Below are positions 41,023 to 53,297 of a DNA stretch of 64,000 nt, piece by piece. Under the pieces are notes generated by a model. That model searched no databases. It worked only from the letters and a program-made list of their open reading frames with translations, and was not told where the DNA came from. The DNA is from Candidatus Babeliales bacterium (lineage in GTDB: Bacteria > Babelota > Babeliae > Babelales > Vermiphilaceae). A program made the position numbers and the translations under genes. The stretch spans positions 320,001-384,000 of the forward strand of contig CAVUQO010000002.1 in the NCBI GenBank assembly GCA_963743635.1. The letters run 5' to 3'. The number at the start of each line of letters is the position of its first letter. Position 1 is the stretch's first letter.

Positions 41023-41400
41023 ATGCCAACAATGAATCAACTTTGTCGATTTGGCAGAATCAGGCTTAAAATGAAGACCAAGAGCCCTGCGCTCAAAGGT
41101 GCTCCGCAAGCGCGTGGTGTGTGTACTCGTGTATTCACGCAAACGCCAAAAAAACCAAACTCAGCACTTCGAAAAGTTGCGCGTGTTAAGCTTTCAACGG
41201 GAATCGAAGTAACTGCGTATATTCCGGGCGAAGGCCACAATTTGCAAGAACACTCTGTGGTGTTAGTGCGTGGTGGCAGGGTAAAAGATTTGCCGGGTGT
41301 AAAATATCATATCGTTCGTGGTGCGCTTGATGCTGCCGGTGTTGAAAAGAGAAAGCAATCTCGTTCACTCTATGGTACCAAGATGCCAAAAGCTTCGTAA
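41023..41400 (+). CDS. rpsL: 30S ribosomal protein S12
   Basis: [19 protein letters not shown]. Confidence 0.98.
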   Translation: MPTMNQLCRFGRIRLKMKTKSPALKGAPQARGVCTRVFTQTPKKPNSALRKVARVKLSTGIEVTAYIPGEGHNLQEHSVVLVRGGRVKDLPGVKYHIVRGALDAAGVEKRKQSRSLYGTKMPKAS

Positions 41401-41429
41401 CGAAATACAAATTATAAAGGATCTATGCT

Positions 41430-41912
41430 ATGCCTAGGCGCAAAAGAGAATTGAACAAACGAGTAATTGTTCCAGACTATCGTTATAACTCAGAGCTTAT
41501 TGAACGATTTATTAATGTAATTATGGAATGCGGCAAGAAAAGTACTGCGCGCGCCATAGTATATGATGCAATGGATATCCTTGCGACTAAAGCAAGTGGT
41601 GACAAGGCAAAGACTCTTGAAATGTTCAATAAAGCATACAACAACGTTGTTCCAGCTGTAGAAGTTCGCCCACGTAGAGTTGGTGGTAGTGTGTATCAAA
41701 TTCCTACCGAAGTTCGCCCAGATCGTGCGCGTGCATTAGCCCTCCGTTGGTTAAAGCAAGCTGCGCAAGAACGCACTGGTAAAACTATGGGTAACCGTTT
41801 GGCTCACGAATTGCTTGATGCTGTTGAAGGTCGTGGTGCTGCAGTGAAGAAAAAATCAGATGTCCACAGAATGGCTGAATCAAATCGTGCGTTCTCGCAT
41901 TTTGCTTGGTAG
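41430..41912 (+). CDS. rpsG: 30S ribosomal protein S7
   Basis: RRVGGSVYQIP, MAESNRAF. Confidence 0.98.
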   Translation: MPRRKRELNKRVIVPDYRYNSELIERFINVIMECGKKSTARAIVYDAMDILATKASGDKAKTLEMFNKAYNNVVPAVEVRPRRVGGSVYQIPTEVRPDRARALALRWLKQAAQERTGKTMGNRLAHELLDAVEGRGAAVKKKSDVHRMAESNRAFSHFAW

Positions 41913-41930
41913 TTGTAAAGGTTTTACAAA

Positions 41931-43994
41931 ATGAGTAATCCGCTTAATAGATACAGAAATATAGGTATTGCCGCTCACATTGATGCGGGCAAAACAACGG
42001 TGACGGAACGCATCCTTTTTTATACAGGTGTTTCTCACAAGATTGGTGAAGTTCATGAAGGTGAAACCACCATGGACTGGATGGAGCAAGAGCGTGAGCG
42101 TGGTATTACCATCACCTCTGCTGCGACACAGTGTTCATGGAAGAATCATGTCATTAACATTATTGATACTCCGGGACACGTTGATTTTACCATCGAAGTA
42201 GAGCGTTCATTGCGCGTGCTTGATGGTGTTGTTGCCGTATTTAGTGGTGTAGATGGTGTGCAGCCACAATCTGAAACCGTTTGGCGACAAGCTGATCGTC
42301 ATCATGTGCCTCGGCTCATGTTCATCAATAAGCTTGATCGTATTGGAGCTGACTACTTCAAGGTTGTGAGTGACGTCATCAACAAGTTGGGTGCTAATGC
42401 TGTAGCGATGCAAGTTCCTGTGGGATCGTCAGAAAACTTTAATGGTATCATCGATGTTCTTACCAACAGACTGGCAACATTCTCTGGTGAAATGGGTGAA
42501 ACTGTAGTTTGGACAGAAGTTCCCGCTGAATATGCAGATACCGTAGCGGCAACTCGAGAAAAAATTATTGCAGCTGCATGTGATTGTAGTGATGCGCTTG
42601 CTGATAAATACTTGAACGAAGAAGAGCTTTCAGTTGATGAAATTAAAGCAGCAATTCGTCAAGGCGTGATTGACATCAAGGTTGTACCAGCATTTGCGGG
42701 TAGTGCCTTTAAGAATAAGGGCGTACAGCTCCTTCTTGATGCAGTGGTAGATTATTTACCATCTCCTTTAGATGTTCCGCCTGTTGAGGGTATTAATCCA
42801 AAAACAGAGCAAAAGGAAAAGCGTGAGGCAGATCCTAAAGCGCCATTTAGCGCCTTAGTATTCAAAATTATGACAGATCCATTTGTGGGTGTTCTGAACT
42901 TTATTCGTGTGTATTCTGGAACGCTAGAATCAGGATCTTACGTAATTAATGCTCGTACGGGCAACAAAGAGCGCGTAAGCCGTTTGGTAAGAATGCATGC
43001 AAATAAACGTGAGGAAATTAACAGTGTTTCTGCCGGCGATATCGCAGCAGTTATGGGTGTTAAAGATGCAATTACTGGTGACACTCTCTGTGCAGAAGGT
43101 CATTTGATAGCTCTTGAATCAATTACACCTCCTGTTCCTGTTATTACCACTTCGGTTGAGCCTAAAAACAAAGCCGATTATGAAAAAATGGCTTTGTCTT
43201 TGAAAAAACTTATGCAAGAAGACCCGTCATTCCAATTCAGTTATGATGAAGAAACGGGGCAAACGGTAATTTCTGGTATGGGTGAGTTGCACCTTGAAAT
43301 TATTGTTGATCGTCTTAAGCGTGAGCATAAGGTAGAGGTGAATCAAGGTAAGTTGCAGGTTGCGTATAAAGAAACGATTCAAAAGCCGGTTGAAGCTGAA
43401 GGTAAATTCATCAAGCAATCGGGTGGTCGTGGACAATATGGACACGTGTGGTTTAAGTTTGAGCCTCTCGAACGTGGCAAAGGCATCGAATTCGAAAACA
43501 AAGTTGTCGGTGGAACAATTCCTCGTGAATTTATTCCTGGTGCAAAAAAAGGTTTCGAAGAAGCAGTTGTTACGGGAGTTCTTGGTGGATATCCGGTAGT
43601 TGATATTAAGGGAACTTTGTATGATGGTTCATACCATGATGTTGACTCTTCTGAACTTGCGTTCAAAATTGCTGCATCAATGGCATTTAAGAGCGGTTGT
43701 GCGAAAGCATCTCCGTGCTTGTTAGAGCCAATTATGAAGGTTGAAGTTGACACACCAGATGAGTACATGGGAGACGTTATGGGCGACCTTAACTCTCGTC
43801 GTGGTCGTGTCTTGGGTATGGATGCAAAGGGCGACAAGCAAGTTATTACTGCGGAAGTACCGTTAGGCGAAATGTTTGCATATGCAACCGCTTTGCGTTC
43901 AATGACCAAAGGTCGCGCGACATATTCAATGGTATTTGAATGCTATCGCGAAGTACCGAAAAATGTTGAGAGTCAGATTTTAGAAAAGAAATAG
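41931..43994 (+). CDS. fusA: Elongation factor G
   Basis: [29 protein letters not shown]. Confidence 0.98.
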   Translation: MSNPLNRYRNIGIAAHIDAGKTTVTERILFYTGVSHKIGEVHEGETTMDWMEQERERGITITSAATQCSWKNHVINIIDTPGHVDFTIEVERSLRVLDGVVAVFSGVDGVQPQSETVWRQADRHHVPRLMFINKLDRIGADYFKVVSDVINKLGANAVAMQVPVGSSENFNGIIDVLTNRLATFSGEMGETVVWTEVPAEYADTVAATREKIIAAACDCSDALADKYLNEEELSVDEIKAAIRQGVIDIKVVPAFAGSAFKNKGVQLLLDAVVDYLPSPLDVPPVEGINPKTEQKEKREADPKAPFSALVFKIMTDPFVGVLNFIRVYSGTLESGSYVINARTGNKERVSRLVRMHANKREEINSVSAGDIAAVMGVKDAITGDTLCAEGHLIALESITPPVPVITTSVEPKNKADYEKMALSLKKLMQEDPSFQFSYDEETGQTVISGMGELHLEIIVDRLKREHKVEVNQGKLQVAYKETIQKPVEAEGKFIKQSGGRGQYGHVWFKFEPLERGKGIEFENKVVGGTIPREFIPGAKKGFEEAVVTGVLGGYPVVDIKGTLYDGSYHDVDSSELAFKIAASMAFKSGCAKASPCLLEPIMKVEVDTPDEYMGDVMGDLNSRRGRVLGMDAKGDKQVITAEVPLGEMFAYATALRSMTKGRATYSMVFECYREVPKNVESQILEKK

Positions 43995-44035
43995 TGTTGT
44001 GTGCGTTATAAAAGAATCCGTAGGAGTAAATAACA

Positions 44036-45226
44036 ATGGCAAAAGACGTATTTGAACGTAAAAAACCCCACGTAAACGTGGGTACAATCGGCCACGTTGA
44101 TCATGGTAAAACAACGTTGACCGCTGCAATTACAAAATATTTAGCATCAAAAGGCTTAGCGGAATTCCGCGCGTTTGATCAAATTGATAAAGCGCCAGAA
44201 GAAAAAGCACGTGGTATTACTATTTCTACTTCACATGTTGAGTATGAAACAGCTAATCGTCACTATGCACACGTTGACTGTCCTGGTCACGCTGACTATG
44301 TTAAAAACATGATCACAGGTGCCGCACAGATGGACGGCGCAATCTTGGTTGTATCAGCTGCAGACGGTGCGATGCCTCAAACTCGAGAACATATCGTTCT
44401 AGCTAAGAACGTAAACGTACCAGCACTTGTTGTTTTCCTCAACAAATGCGACATGGTAGACGACGTAGATATGATCGATATGGTTGAAGAAGAAATCAGA
44501 GATCTATTGAAAAAATATGATTTCCCTGGTGATACAATTCCATTCATCCGTGGTTCAGCATTGAAAGCTCTAGAGGGCGATTCAGGCGAATATGGATATC
44601 CGGCAATCGACAGATTAATGAACGCTCTTGATACCTCTATTCCTTTACCTACACGTGAAGTGGATAAGCCATTCTTGATGCCAGTTGAAGGTGTCTTCTC
44701 AATTTCTGGCCGTGGTACTGTTGCTACTGGTAGAATTGAAACAGGCCAAGTTAAAGTTGGTGAAGAAGTTGCGGTTATCGGTTTCGGTACTAATGCAAAA
44801 ACTATTGTTACTGGCGTTGAAATGTTCAGAAAGATTCTGAATGAAGGTCAAGCTGGTGATAACGTTGGTCTTCTTCTTCGTGGTATCAAAAAGGAAGACG
44901 TTGAACGTGGAATGGTTATTGCTAAGCCTGGTTCAGTGACTCCTCATAAGAAATTCAAATGTAAGGTCTACATTCTTTCTAAAGAAGAAGGTGGTCGTCA
45001 CAGTGCATTCTTCAATGGTTACCGTCCACAGTTCTATTTCCGAACCACTGACGTTACTGGTGTAGTAACATTGCCAGCTGGTCGTGAAATGGTAATGCCT
45101 GGTGATAACGTTGAGTTGAACGTAGAGTTGATTTCGCCTATTGCTATGAATAAAGACTTACGTTTTGCTATCCGTGAAGGCGGTAGAACGGTTGGTTCAG
45201 GTGTTGTAACTGAGATCACTGATTAA
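44036..45226 (+). CDS. tuf: Elongation factor Tu
   Basis: [24 protein letters not shown]. Confidence 0.98.
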   Translation: MAKDVFERKKPHVNVGTIGHVDHGKTTLTAAITKYLASKGLAEFRAFDQIDKAPEEKARGITISTSHVEYETANRHYAHVDCPGHADYVKNMITGAAQMDGAILVVSAADGAMPQTREHIVLAKNVNVPALVVFLNKCDMVDDVDMIDMVEEEIRDLLKKYDFPGDTIPFIRGSALKALEGDSGEYGYPAIDRLMNALDTSIPLPTREVDKPFLMPVEGVFSISGRGTVATGRIETGQVKVGEEVAVIGFGTNAKTIVTGVEMFRKILNEGQAGDNVGLLLRGIKKEDVERGMVIAKPGSVTPHKKFKCKVYILSKEEGGRHSAFFNGYRPQFYFRTTDVTGVVTLPAGREMVMPGDNVELNVELISPIAMNKDLRFAIREGGRTVGSGVVTEITD

Positions 45227-45238
45227 TTAGGTAGCTCA

Positions 45239-45544
45239 ATGAAAAAACAAAAAATTCGTTTAACGCTCAAGTCATATGATCATCAGTTGCTTGATAAAGC
45301 AACTAAGCAAATAGCTTTGACAGTTAAAAGAACAGGTTCCGATTTAATGGGACCTGTTCCGATGCCTAACAAACATCGATGTTTTACAGTATTACGTTCG
45401 CCGCATGTTAACAAAAAATCGCGAGAGCAATTTGAGTTAATCACGCACAAACGTATTTTAGAAATTCTTTCACCGTCAGATCAAACGATGGATGCGCTTA
45501 TGAAGCTCAACATATCGTCTGGCGTTGATGTGGAAATTAAGTAG
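45239..45544 (+). CDS. rpsJ: 30S ribosomal protein S10
   Basis: [13 protein letters not shown]. Confidence 0.97.
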   Translation: MKKQKIRLTLKSYDHQLLDKATKQIALTVKRTGSDLMGPVPMPNKHRCFTVLRSPHVNKKSREQFELITHKRILEILSPSDQTMDALMKLNISSGVDVEIK

Positions 45545-45563
45545 TCAGCGAGGGTCATTCAAT

Positions 45564-46193
45564 ATGATTACAGGTATTTGGGGTAAAAAAATAGGAATGA
45601 CGCAAATCTTTGCTGGTGAAAAGGCTGTACCAGTTACGGTTTTGGACATTTCAAATTGGGTTGTTACCCAAGTGAAAACCAAAGAACGTGATGGATACAA
45701 TGCAGTGCAGGTAGGTTGTATAAAAGACAAACATGCGCAGGCAACATTTGCGGATGCATGGTTGAAAAAACCGAATGCATATTTCCAATTTTTTAAAGAA
45801 ATTACATTGCATGAAAATGCAATAGCAGCTGAATTTGCGGTTGGCGCACCCATAGATGTACAGAAAATATTTACAGCAGGCGATAGTGCCGATGTTCGTG
45901 GTACGAGCAAAGGTTGTGGTTTTGCCGGGGTAATGCGTCGTCATAATTTCGCAGGGGGTCGGGCTAGTCATGGATCAACCATGGGTAAACGACCGGGATC
46001 ATTGAGCTTTATGCGTTCGCAAGGGCGTGTTATAAAAGGCAAAAAAATGCCTGGCCATATGGGAACCACAACACACATGGTGCAAAACCTTGATGTCGTT
46101 CAAGTGCGTCCTGAGGACAACCTTATCCTTGTAAAAGGGGCGGTGCCAGGTAAAGCCGGTTCATTAGTGTTTATTAGAAAAGCAAAGGCGTAG
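45564..46193 (+). CDS. rplC: 50S ribosomal protein L3
   Basis: GKKIGMTQ, DGYNAVQ, KGKKMPGHMG. Confidence 0.97.
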   Translation: MITGIWGKKIGMTQIFAGEKAVPVTVLDISNWVVTQVKTKERDGYNAVQVGCIKDKHAQATFADAWLKKPNAYFQFFKEITLHENAIAAEFAVGAPIDVQKIFTAGDSADVRGTSKGCGFAGVMRRHNFAGGRASHGSTMGKRPGSLSFMRSQGRVIKGKKMPGHMGTTTHMVQNLDVVQVRPEDNLILVKGAVPGKAGSLVFIRKAKA

Positions 46194-46200
46194 GTAACTC

Positions 46201-46863
46201 ATGAGTGATCAAAATCAATTGCGTGCAAACAAGCAAGAAGCGTCCAATGTGGTAAGGACTATATCCTTCGCAGACGTGAATATTGATGCGTCGCAAAAGA
46301 AGACAGTTTCTGATAAAGCTTTTTCAGTTTGGGTTAGAGCATTACTACAAAATTGGCGTCAAGGGACTGTTGCATGCAAAGGTCGCTCTGATGTAGCTTA
46401 TTCAAACAAGAAGCCGTGGAAACAAAAAGGTACAGGGCGTGCTCGTGCAGGTTCTCGACGTTCTCCATTATGGAGAGGTGGCGGTGTAATATTCGGACCA
46501 CAAGCGAGAGAGAAATTATTGCGAGTTCCGCAAAGTTTAAGAAAGAATGTCTTGGGTGCATTGGCATCTGAATATCTAGATGCAGGCAGAATTGCTTGCT
46601 TAGATTGGCATTTGCAAGGTGATGTGCCTAGAACGGCGCAAGCGTACATGGCACTAAAAGATGCCCAATTGGTTAGTAAACCGATTAATCTTTTTCTACC
46701 GACAGATGATCACTTAACGTATGCATCATTTGCAAATATTCCAAATGTTCGTATTTTCTTCTTCGATCAATCAAATGCATTTGATTTAGCAAACAGTTAT
46801 CATTGGGTATTTTTGAAAAAAGATTTTGACCGCTTTAAAGAGATGGTGACTAAATGGATCTAA
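46201..46863 (+). CDS. rplD: 50S ribosomal protein L4
   Basis: [15 protein letters not shown]. Confidence 0.96.
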   Translation: MSDQNQLRANKQEASNVVRTISFADVNIDASQKKTVSDKAFSVWVRALLQNWRQGTVACKGRSDVAYSNKKPWKQKGTGRARAGSRRSPLWRGGGVIFGPQAREKLLRVPQSLRKNVLGALASEYLDAGRIACLDWHLQGDVPRTAQAYMALKDAQLVSKPINLFLPTDDHLTYASFANIPNVRIFFFDQSNAFDLANSYHWVFLKKDFDRFKEMVTKWI

Positions 46864-47210
46864 GTATTTACGACGTTATTCAGAAACCTGTCATTAGTGA
46901 AAAAGCATATAAACTAAACAGAGATTTTAAAAAGCTCGTTTTGAGAGTGCATATGCATGCTAATAAGCCTATGATTAAAGAGGCTCTCAAGAAACTATTT
47001 AATGTTGAAGTAACGAATATTTGTATTCTTGTTCGTAAAGGCAAGAATCGTAGAGTTGGTAGAAGATCAGTGCAAGGTTCTGATGCGAAAAAAGCGATTG
47101 TAACTTTGGCAGAAGGATATTCTATCAATTTATTTGACCAAGCTGGGGATATGATCAATATTCCTGCTGCGGGTAACGTAGAACAAGCTACGAAACAATC
47201 GAAAGAGTAA
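46854..47210 (+). CDS. rplW: 50S ribosomal protein L23
   Basis: [14 protein letters not shown]. Confidence 0.95.
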   Translation: MDLSIYDVIQKPVISEKAYKLNRDFKKLVLRVHMHANKPMIKEALKKLFNVEVTNICILVRKGKNRRVGRRSVQGSDAKKAIVTLAEGYSINLFDQAGDMINIPAAGNVEQATKQSKE

Positions 47211-47223
47211 TTAAGAGTTTTTT

Positions 47224-48054
47224 ATGGCAATAGTTACACGAAAGCCTCGAAATCCTTCGCTGAGATTTCAAACATTTGTTGATACAAGTGATATCACTAC
47301 AAACAAGCCTGAACGAAGCCTTGTTATGGGATTACGCAAAAAGGGTGGACGAAATGCATACGGACGCATTACCGTTCGTCACAAAGGTGGCGGCGCAGCG
47401 CGTAAGTATCGTTTAATCGACTTTAAGCGTAGTGAACGTGATATAGAGGGTAAATTAACCACTATAGAATATGATCCAAATCGAAACGTTCGTATTGGAC
47501 TCGTTGTTTATGCAAATGGGGCAAAAGCATACATGCTATTGCCACAAGACTTACACGTTGGAAGCTCAGTTATTGCAAGCGATAAAGCCGATGCGCGCGT
47601 AGGTAATGCGTTACCTCTAGCTCGTATTCCGGTTGGTTTTATGGTTCATAATATTGAAATGACACCGGGGACTGGCGGCAAACTTGTACGTAGTGCAGGA
47701 ATGGCGGCACAGCTTATGGCCAAAACTGAAGAACATGCGACATTAAAAATGCCATCGGGTGAAATTCGTATGTTACCGTTAAGCTGCTGGGCTACTGTGG
47801 GCGTTCTTGGTAATGCAGATTTCAAGAACATTTCATGGGGTAAAGCAGGACGTACGCGTAACAGAGGTATTCGTCCAACGGTGCGTGGTATGGCTATGAA
47901 CCCTGTTGATCACCCACATGGCGGTGGTGAAGGACGTTCAAAGTCAGGATCACATCCAATGACTCCATGGGGTAAAGGATGTAAGGGTACACGAACACGT
48001 GTGCGCAAAAATCCTCTTATCTTGAAACGACGTAAAACGAAGAAAGCTTCTTAA
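47224..48054 (+). CDS. rplB: 50S ribosomal protein L2
   Basis: EYDPNR, MNPVDHPHGGGEG. Confidence 0.98.
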   Translation: MAIVTRKPRNPSLRFQTFVDTSDITTNKPERSLVMGLRKKGGRNAYGRITVRHKGGGAARKYRLIDFKRSERDIEGKLTTIEYDPNRNVRIGLVVYANGAKAYMLLPQDLHVGSSVIASDKADARVGNALPLARIPVGFMVHNIEMTPGTGGKLVRSAGMAAQLMAKTEEHATLKMPSGEIRMLPLSCWATVGVLGNADFKNISWGKAGRTRNRGIRPTVRGMAMNPVDHPHGGGEGRSKSGSHPMTPWGKGCKGTRTRVRKNPLILKRRKTKKAS

Positions 48055-48070
48055 GTTAAGAGTATAAAGT

Positions 48071-48358
48071 ATGTCTAGATCAACTAAAAAAGGTCCCTAT
48101 GTACAACCTTGTTTGATGGAAAAAGTCAATAAGGTAAAAGCAGGCAATAAGCGAGATGTTATTAAAACATGGTCGCGCCGTAGCATGGTTCTCCCTGATT
48201 TTGTGGGAATAACCTTTGCAGTACATAATGGCAAAAAATTTGTTTCTGTCTTCGTGACAGAAAACATGGTAGGTCACTATTTGGGCGAATTTGTGCCAAC
48301 GCGCACCTTCAAACAGCATAGTGGTCAGCGAAAAGCAGGCGCTCCAGCCGCTAAATAA
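48071..48358 (+). CDS. rpsS: 30S ribosomal protein S19
   Basis: [16 protein letters not shown]. Confidence 0.97.
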   Translation: MSRSTKKGPYVQPCLMEKVNKVKAGNKRDVIKTWSRRSMVLPDFVGITFAVHNGKKFVSVFVTENMVGHYLGEFVPTRTFKQHSGQRKAGAPAAK

Positions 48359-48440
48359 GGCTTTGGGGCTTGCTGATATGCAAAAATACAGGTAAATTAT
48401 ATATATAATATATTGCAATAGTAACGTTGAGGTTTGCAGA

Positions 48441-48788
48441 ATGCAATTTAATGCAAAAGCCCGCTATGTGCGTTTTTCTCCGTATAAACTGAGACCTGTG
48501 GCAGATGTAGTCCGTGGTAAGGATGTTTCATTTGCCTTGAATTGGTTAGCTACGCATGCAGTTAAACGAATTGTACCGGTTCAGAAAGCGATTGAATCAG
48601 CGGTTGCCAATGCAAAACAGCAAGGCAATCTTGATAAAGGCATGCTCTATGTCGATGAAATTCGCGTAGACGAAGGTCCTTCATATAAATATTATAAACC
48701 GGGTGCTATGGGGCGTTCAAATCCCCAAAAAAGACGGTTTAGTCATATTAGCGTTATAGTAAAATCGTTATCCAAGAGTAAGGATTAG
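48441..48788 (+). CDS. rplV: 50S ribosomal protein L22
   Basis: SPYKLR, SAVANA, VDEGP. Confidence 0.96.
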   Translation: MQFNAKARYVRFSPYKLRPVADVVRGKDVSFALNWLATHAVKRIVPVQKAIESAVANAKQQGNLDKGMLYVDEIRVDEGPSYKYYKPGAMGRSNPQKRRFSHISVIVKSLSKSKD

Positions 48789-48789
48789 T

Positions 48790-49422
48790 GTGGGACAAAA
48801 AGTACATCCAATAGGATTTCGCTTAGGCGTCTATCGTACATGGGATTCTCGATGGTTTGCACGGGGTATGTATGGTACTGAGCTATTAGAAGATTTTAAG
48901 ATCAGAAAATATCTAAAGACCAAAATGAAGCATGCCGAAATCTCTAAAATTGAGATTGAAAAAGCAGGAGATAACGTACGCGTTATTATTCATGCTGGCC
49001 GGCCAGGTGTGGTCATTGGTAAAAAAGGTCAGGAAATTGAATCGTTAAAACTTGAGCTTGCTAAATTAGTGAACAGAAAGAACGTTGAAGTATCTGTTCA
49101 GGAAGTTGAAAATCCTGACATGGATGCTGTTCTTGTTGCCCAAAATATCGCTGAACAACTTGTTAAACGAGCAAGTTATAAAAAAGCGATGAAACGGGCT
49201 ACAATGTCTGCAATGAAGAGTGGAGCAAAGGGAATAAAAATTTGTTGCGCAGGTCGTTTGCAAGGTGCAGAAATCGCTCGGACAGAATGGGAACGAGTTG
49301 GTTCAACACCATTACATACTCTTCGGTCAAACGTTGACTATGGCTTTGCTGAAGCACTTACCACATATGGAATTATTGGGGTAAAAGTGTGGATTTGCAA
49401 AGGCGAATTTCAACATGCGTGA
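48790..49422 (+). CDS. rpsC: 30S ribosomal protein S3
   Basis: GQKVHPIGFRLG, PLHTLR. Confidence 0.97.
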   Translation: MGQKVHPIGFRLGVYRTWDSRWFARGMYGTELLEDFKIRKYLKTKMKHAEISKIEIEKAGDNVRVIIHAGRPGVVIGKKGQEIESLKLELAKLVNRKNVEVSVQEVENPDMDAVLVAQNIAEQLVKRASYKKAMKRATMSAMKSGAKGIKICCAGRLQGAEIARTEWERVGSTPLHTLRSNVDYGFAEALTTYGIIGVKVWICKGEFQHA

Positions 49423-49446
49423 TAGCTACTACATGGAAGATTAATC

Positions 49447-49878
49447 ATGTTGATGCCAAAGAAAATAAAATATAGAAAAGTGCAACGTGGGAATATGAGG
49501 GGATTGGCCAAAGCTGGTCGTACCGTCTTATTCGGAGAATATGGTCTTCAGGCTGTAGAACCCGCATGGCTCACTGCACAGCAAATTGAATCAGTTCGCG
49601 TAACAGTGGCTAGAAAACTAAAGAAAATAGGTAAATTCTTTTTACGTGTTTTTCCTGACAAACCGGTTACTAAAAAACCAGCCGAAACTCGAATGGGTAA
49701 AGGTAAAGGGGCTCCAGAATTTTGGGTTTCAGTGATTAGACGAGGCCGTGTATTGTGTGAGATTTCTGGACTTGATGAGCAATTGGCTCGTGAAGTGCTT
49801 AAACAAGCATCATACAAACTCCCTATGAAAACAAAGTTTGTAAAGAAAGAACTGGAATCAGAAGAAGGTAACGCGTAA
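49447..49878 (+). CDS. rplP: 50S ribosomal protein L16
   Basis: ETRMGKGKG. Confidence 0.97.
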   Translation: MLMPKKIKYRKVQRGNMRGLAKAGRTVLFGEYGLQAVEPAWLTAQQIESVRVTVARKLKKIGKFFLRVFPDKPVTKKPAETRMGKGKGAPEFWVSVIRRGRVLCEISGLDEQLAREVLKQASYKLPMKTKFVKKELESEEGNA

Positions 49879-49897
49879 ATAACGCTGGGTTATATAT

Positions 49898-50104
49898 ATG
49901 ATACTCAAGGAATTAAAGCAAGAGCTGCAAAAAATGGACGCAAATCAACTTAAAGAAAAAGTTGATGCACTCCGTCGTGAGCTTTTTGGTTTGCGTCTTA
50001 ACGCAACAACGTCACATGTAAAAGACTATTCGCAAATCTCCAAATTAAAACGTGGTATTGCTATGGGTCTAACGTATGCGGCACAAAAAACTCAAGCTCG
50101 TTAA
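49898..50104 (+). CDS. rpmC: 50S ribosomal protein L29
   Basis: LRRELFGLR; position. Confidence 0.9.
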   Translation: MILKELKQELQKMDANQLKEKVDALRRELFGLRLNATTSHVKDYSQISKLKRGIAMGLTYAAQKTQAR

Positions 50105-50122
50105 CAAGGAATATGAGTTGCT

Positions 50123-50389
50123 ATGAGTAACGAACAAAAAAAACGAATGCATATCGGCGAAGTAGTTTCAGACAAAATGGATAAAACCGTTGTGGTGAAT
50201 TTGCCGCGTTCGTTCAAACATAAACAATTTCATAAAACGATACGGACGTTGAAAAAATACAAAGTTCATGATGAAAATAATAGCGCTAAAGTTGGCGATG
50301 TTATTGAATTTTATGAAGGTCGTCCTGTATCAAAAACTAAGTGTATGTATCTTGCTCGCATCGTTAAAACAAACTCGGTTAATGAGTAA
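50123..50389 (+). CDS. rpsQ: 30S ribosomal protein S17
   Basis: VVSDKMDKTVVV, RPVSKTK. Confidence 0.96.
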   Translation: MSNEQKKRMHIGEVVSDKMDKTVVVNLPRSFKHKQFHKTIRTLKKYKVHDENNSAKVGDVIEFYEGRPVSKTKCMYLARIVKTNSVNE

Positions 50390-50408
50390 GGCATAGAGGT
50401 ATAAAGAA

Positions 50409-50774
50409 ATGATACAGAAAGAATCATACTTAATGGTGGCAGATAATTCTGGTGCAAAAGAATTACAATGTATTCACATTATCGGTAGCACGCGTAAGCG
50501 TTATGCCTATATTGGTGACACCATTAAATGTGCAGTTAAAAAAGCAATACCTGGCGGCACCGTTAAAAAGGGTGAAGTAGTTACAGCAGTTATTGTTCGA
50601 ACCAGAAAAGAATTCCGTCGTGCCGATGGTAGCTATATTCGTTTTGGCGACAATGCAGCAGTAATTATTAAGGATAAAGAACCGATTGCTACACGTATCT
50701 TTGGTCCTATTGCGCGTGAGCTACGACCTAAAGGCTACGCAAAGATTATTTCTTTAGCGCCTGAAGTACTATAA
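50409..50774 (+). CDS. rplN: 50S ribosomal protein L14
   Basis: [15 protein letters not shown]. Confidence 0.98.
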   Translation: MIQKESYLMVADNSGAKELQCIHIIGSTRKRYAYIGDTIKCAVKKAIPGGTVKKGEVVTAVIVRTRKEFRRADGSYIRFGDNAAVIIKDKEPIATRIFGPIARELRPKGYAKIISLAPEVL

Positions 50775-50785
50775 GGGGAAATGTT

Positions 50786-51094
50786 ATGGTGGCCAGAATT
50801 AAAATAAATGACACGGTAATGATTATTTCCGGTAAAGACAAGGGAAAAACAGGGACCGTCATTGATATTTTTGCCAAAAAAGGTAAAGTTATGGTTAAGG
50901 GCGTTTCTCTTGTTACTCGTCATGTTAAGCCGAGAAAACAGGGAGAAACTGGTGGAATCAAGAAACAGGAAGGTTATATTGACCTTTCTAATGTGATGCC
51001 AGTATGTCCAGAAACCCACAAGCCTGCTCGAATTGGCAGCAAAACTTTAGAAAATGGTGAAAAAGTTCGGGTGTTTCGTGTTGCAAAACGTTAA
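50786..51094 (+). CDS. rplX: 50S ribosomal protein L24
   Basis: GKDKGKTG KOW motif. Confidence 0.95.
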   Translation: MVARIKINDTVMIISGKDKGKTGTVIDIFAKKGKVMVKGVSLVTRHVKPRKQGETGGIKKQEGYIDLSNVMPVCPETHKPARIGSKTLENGEKVRVFRVAKR

Positions 51095-51136
51095 TCGTTT
51101 TGCATTAAGCCCGAGCAGCGCACTACAAGGATTATA

Positions 51137-51721
51137 ATGGCGAAAACAAAAGAAGCAGCACGTTCTACAAATGAGGCAGTAGTGCCACGTTTGAAAAAGA
51201 AATATGAAGACGAAATTCGTCCTCAATTACAAAAAGATCTTAAGCTTGCAAATATTATGCAAGTGCCAAGACTTGAAAAAATTGTTCTCAATGTTGGGGT
51301 CAAAGATGCTCTTACCAATAGCAAAGCGATTCAGGTCGTTGTAGACGGTATTGCGCGCATTGCAGGGCAGGCTCCCATTAAAACAATAGCAAAGAAATCC
51401 ATTGCAGGATTTAAGTTGCGTGAAGGAATGCCAATCGGCGTGAAAGTTACGTTGCGAAGAAAAAAAATGTACGAATTTTTGGATAAACTTATAACGTTAA
51501 GTTTGCCAAAAGTACGTGATTTTCAAGGTGTAACAAGAAAATTCGACGGGCAAGGTAACTACAATCTAGGTGTGAAGGAATGGTTCATATTTCCTGAGAT
51601 TGATTATGATGTAACTGATAAGTCTTATGGTCTTAACATTACATTGCATACCACCGCTCAAGACAATGACAGTGGTTTAAAATTATTAGAATCATTTGGT
51701 ATGCCATTCCGTAAGGCATAA
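51137..51721 (+). CDS. rplE: 50S ribosomal protein L5
   Basis: [21 protein letters not shown]. Confidence 0.97.
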   Translation: MAKTKEAARSTNEAVVPRLKKKYEDEIRPQLQKDLKLANIMQVPRLEKIVLNVGVKDALTNSKAIQVVVDGIARIAGQAPIKTIAKKSIAGFKLREGMPIGVKVTLRRKKMYEFLDKLITLSLPKVRDFQGVTRKFDGQGNYNLGVKEWFIFPEIDYDVTDKSYGLNITLHTTAQDNDSGLKLLESFGMPFRKA

Positions 51722-51740
51722 CTCAGGCGAGGTATTATTC

Positions 51741-51926
51741 ATGGCCAAACAGGCATTGATAGAAAAAGCAAATAGAACACCAAAGTTTTCAACACGCGCA
51801 TATAATCGCTGTAAGCTTTGTGGCAGACCACGCGGCTACATGCGTTTTTTTAGTATGTGTCGTATTTGTGTCCGGAAGTTTGCCTTAGAAGGTTTGCTAC
51901 CAGGTGTTAAGAAAGCAAGTTGGTAA
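51741..51926 (+). CDS. rpsN: 30S ribosomal protein S14 (Zn-binding type Z)
   Basis: CKLCGRPR...CRIC. Confidence 0.95.
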   Translation: MAKQALIEKANRTPKFSTRAYNRCKLCGRPRGYMRFFSMCRICVRKFALEGLLPGVKKASW

Positions 51927-51947
51927 TCGTAGGAAGGAACCATTCTA

Positions 51948-52346
51948 ATGTCAATAGATGCAATAGGAAATTTTCTCACTATCATTCGAAATGGCTTGAT
52001 GAATTCAAGTCCATTTGTAGTTATGCCATACTCAAATATGAGATATGAAATAACTCAAATTCTTAAAGACGAAGGTTTTATTAAGAATTTCGCAATACTG
52101 AACGAAAATGAATTAACTCAAAAGAGTATCAAGATTTTTCTTAAGTATGTTGATGGTGAATCCGCTATTCACGAAATTACGCGCATCAGCAGGCCTGGTC
52201 GTCGTATGTATTCAGGCATAAAAAACGTCAAGCCAGTTATTGGTGGCTTGGGTCTATCTATTTTAACAACAAATAAGGGCGTCATTACACACAAAAAAGC
52301 TAAAGAGCTAGGTTTGGGTGGTGAGGTTCTGTGTACGATCTGGTAA
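51948..52346 (+). CDS. rpsH: 30S ribosomal protein S8
   Basis: ISRPGRRMY, GGEVLC. Confidence 0.96.
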   Translation: MSIDAIGNFLTIIRNGLMNSSPFVVMPYSNMRYEITQILKDEGFIKNFAILNENELTQKSIKIFLKYVDGESAIHEITRISRPGRRMYSGIKNVKPVIGGLGLSILTTNKGVITHKKAKELGLGGEVLCTIW

Positions 52347-52358
52347 AAGGATGCAACT

Positions 52359-52895
52359 ATGTCAAAAATAGGTAGAAAGCCGATAGATCTCGACAATGTT
52401 GTCGTAGACATTAAGGGGCAAGATGTTCACTACAAAGGTCCAAATGCTTCGGGCGTTTACGTTGTAGCTGACGCATTAAAACCAGAGCTCAACGAAAAGC
52501 AGCTTGTGTTACGTCCTGTAAAAAAAACGCGTGATCTTAATGCAGTGTGGGGGCTCAACAGAGCATTGCTTGCAAACAAAATTAAGGGGGCAAGCCAAGG
52601 GTTCAGTAAGGACATTGTAATTACTGGTCTTGGTTTCAAAGCTGTTATGACGGGAAACAAAGTTGTTTTCTCTCTCGGTTACAGCCATAAAATAGATTTT
52701 GAATTACCAAAAAATGTTTCTCTTGATATTGATAAAAGTGGTCAAAAGCTCACTTTTAAATCTCCTGATAAAGAACTAGTTGGTTTTGTATGTAGTCAAG
52801 TGAAGGCATTCCGTGTATCAGAACCATATAAGGGAACTGGTATCAAGCTTTCAACAGAAACTATTTTCCGTAAAGCCGGTAAAACAAAATCATAA
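52359..52895 (+). CDS. rplF: 50S ribosomal protein L6
   Basis: MSKIGRKPI, EPYKGTGI. Confidence 0.96.
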   Translation: MSKIGRKPIDLDNVVVDIKGQDVHYKGPNASGVYVVADALKPELNEKQLVLRPVKKTRDLNAVWGLNRALLANKIKGASQGFSKDIVITGLGFKAVMTGNKVVFSLGYSHKIDFELPKNVSLDIDKSGQKLTFKSPDKELVGFVCSQVKAFRVSEPYKGTGIKLSTETIFRKAGKTKS

Positions 52896-52925
52896 TAAAT
52901 GATTAGAATAATATGAGGTATTACT

Positions 52926-53282
52926 GTGTCAGTATTACGAAAAATTCAACAAAGAAAAAATAGAAGAGCAATACGCGTGCGTACTTCTATACGTGCGTGT
53001 AGCTCATTGCCACGTGTTTCTGTACATCGAACGCTTAATCAAATTTATGCGCAAATTATCGATGATTCAGCAAGCAAGACAATGGTCAGCTTTTCTTCAT
53101 TAGAACTCAAAGATGTTTCTGGTGATAAAAAGACAGTAGCTCATGCAGTTGGCAAAGAACTTGCGCAGCGTGCACAAGCAAAAGGCATTGCATCAGTAGT
53201 ATTTGACAGAGGATCCTTCTTGTACCACGGGCGCATTAAAGCGCTTGCCGATGGATTACGAGAAGGTGGATTAACGCTTTAA
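52926..53282 (+). CDS. rplR: 50S ribosomal protein L18
   Basis: VFDRGSFLYHGRIKALA. Confidence 0.96.
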   Translation: MSVLRKIQQRKNRRAIRVRTSIRACSSLPRVSVHRTLNQIYAQIIDDSASKTMVSFSSLELKDVSGDKKTVAHAVGKELAQRAQAKGIASVVFDRGSFLYHGRIKALADGLREGGLTL

Positions 53283-53297
53283 GCAATAGGATAATTG

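Noticed and set aside
48359..48440. AT-rich spacer with palindrome tattgcaata between rpsS and rplV
   Set aside because: Too short and AT-rich to support a regulatory call
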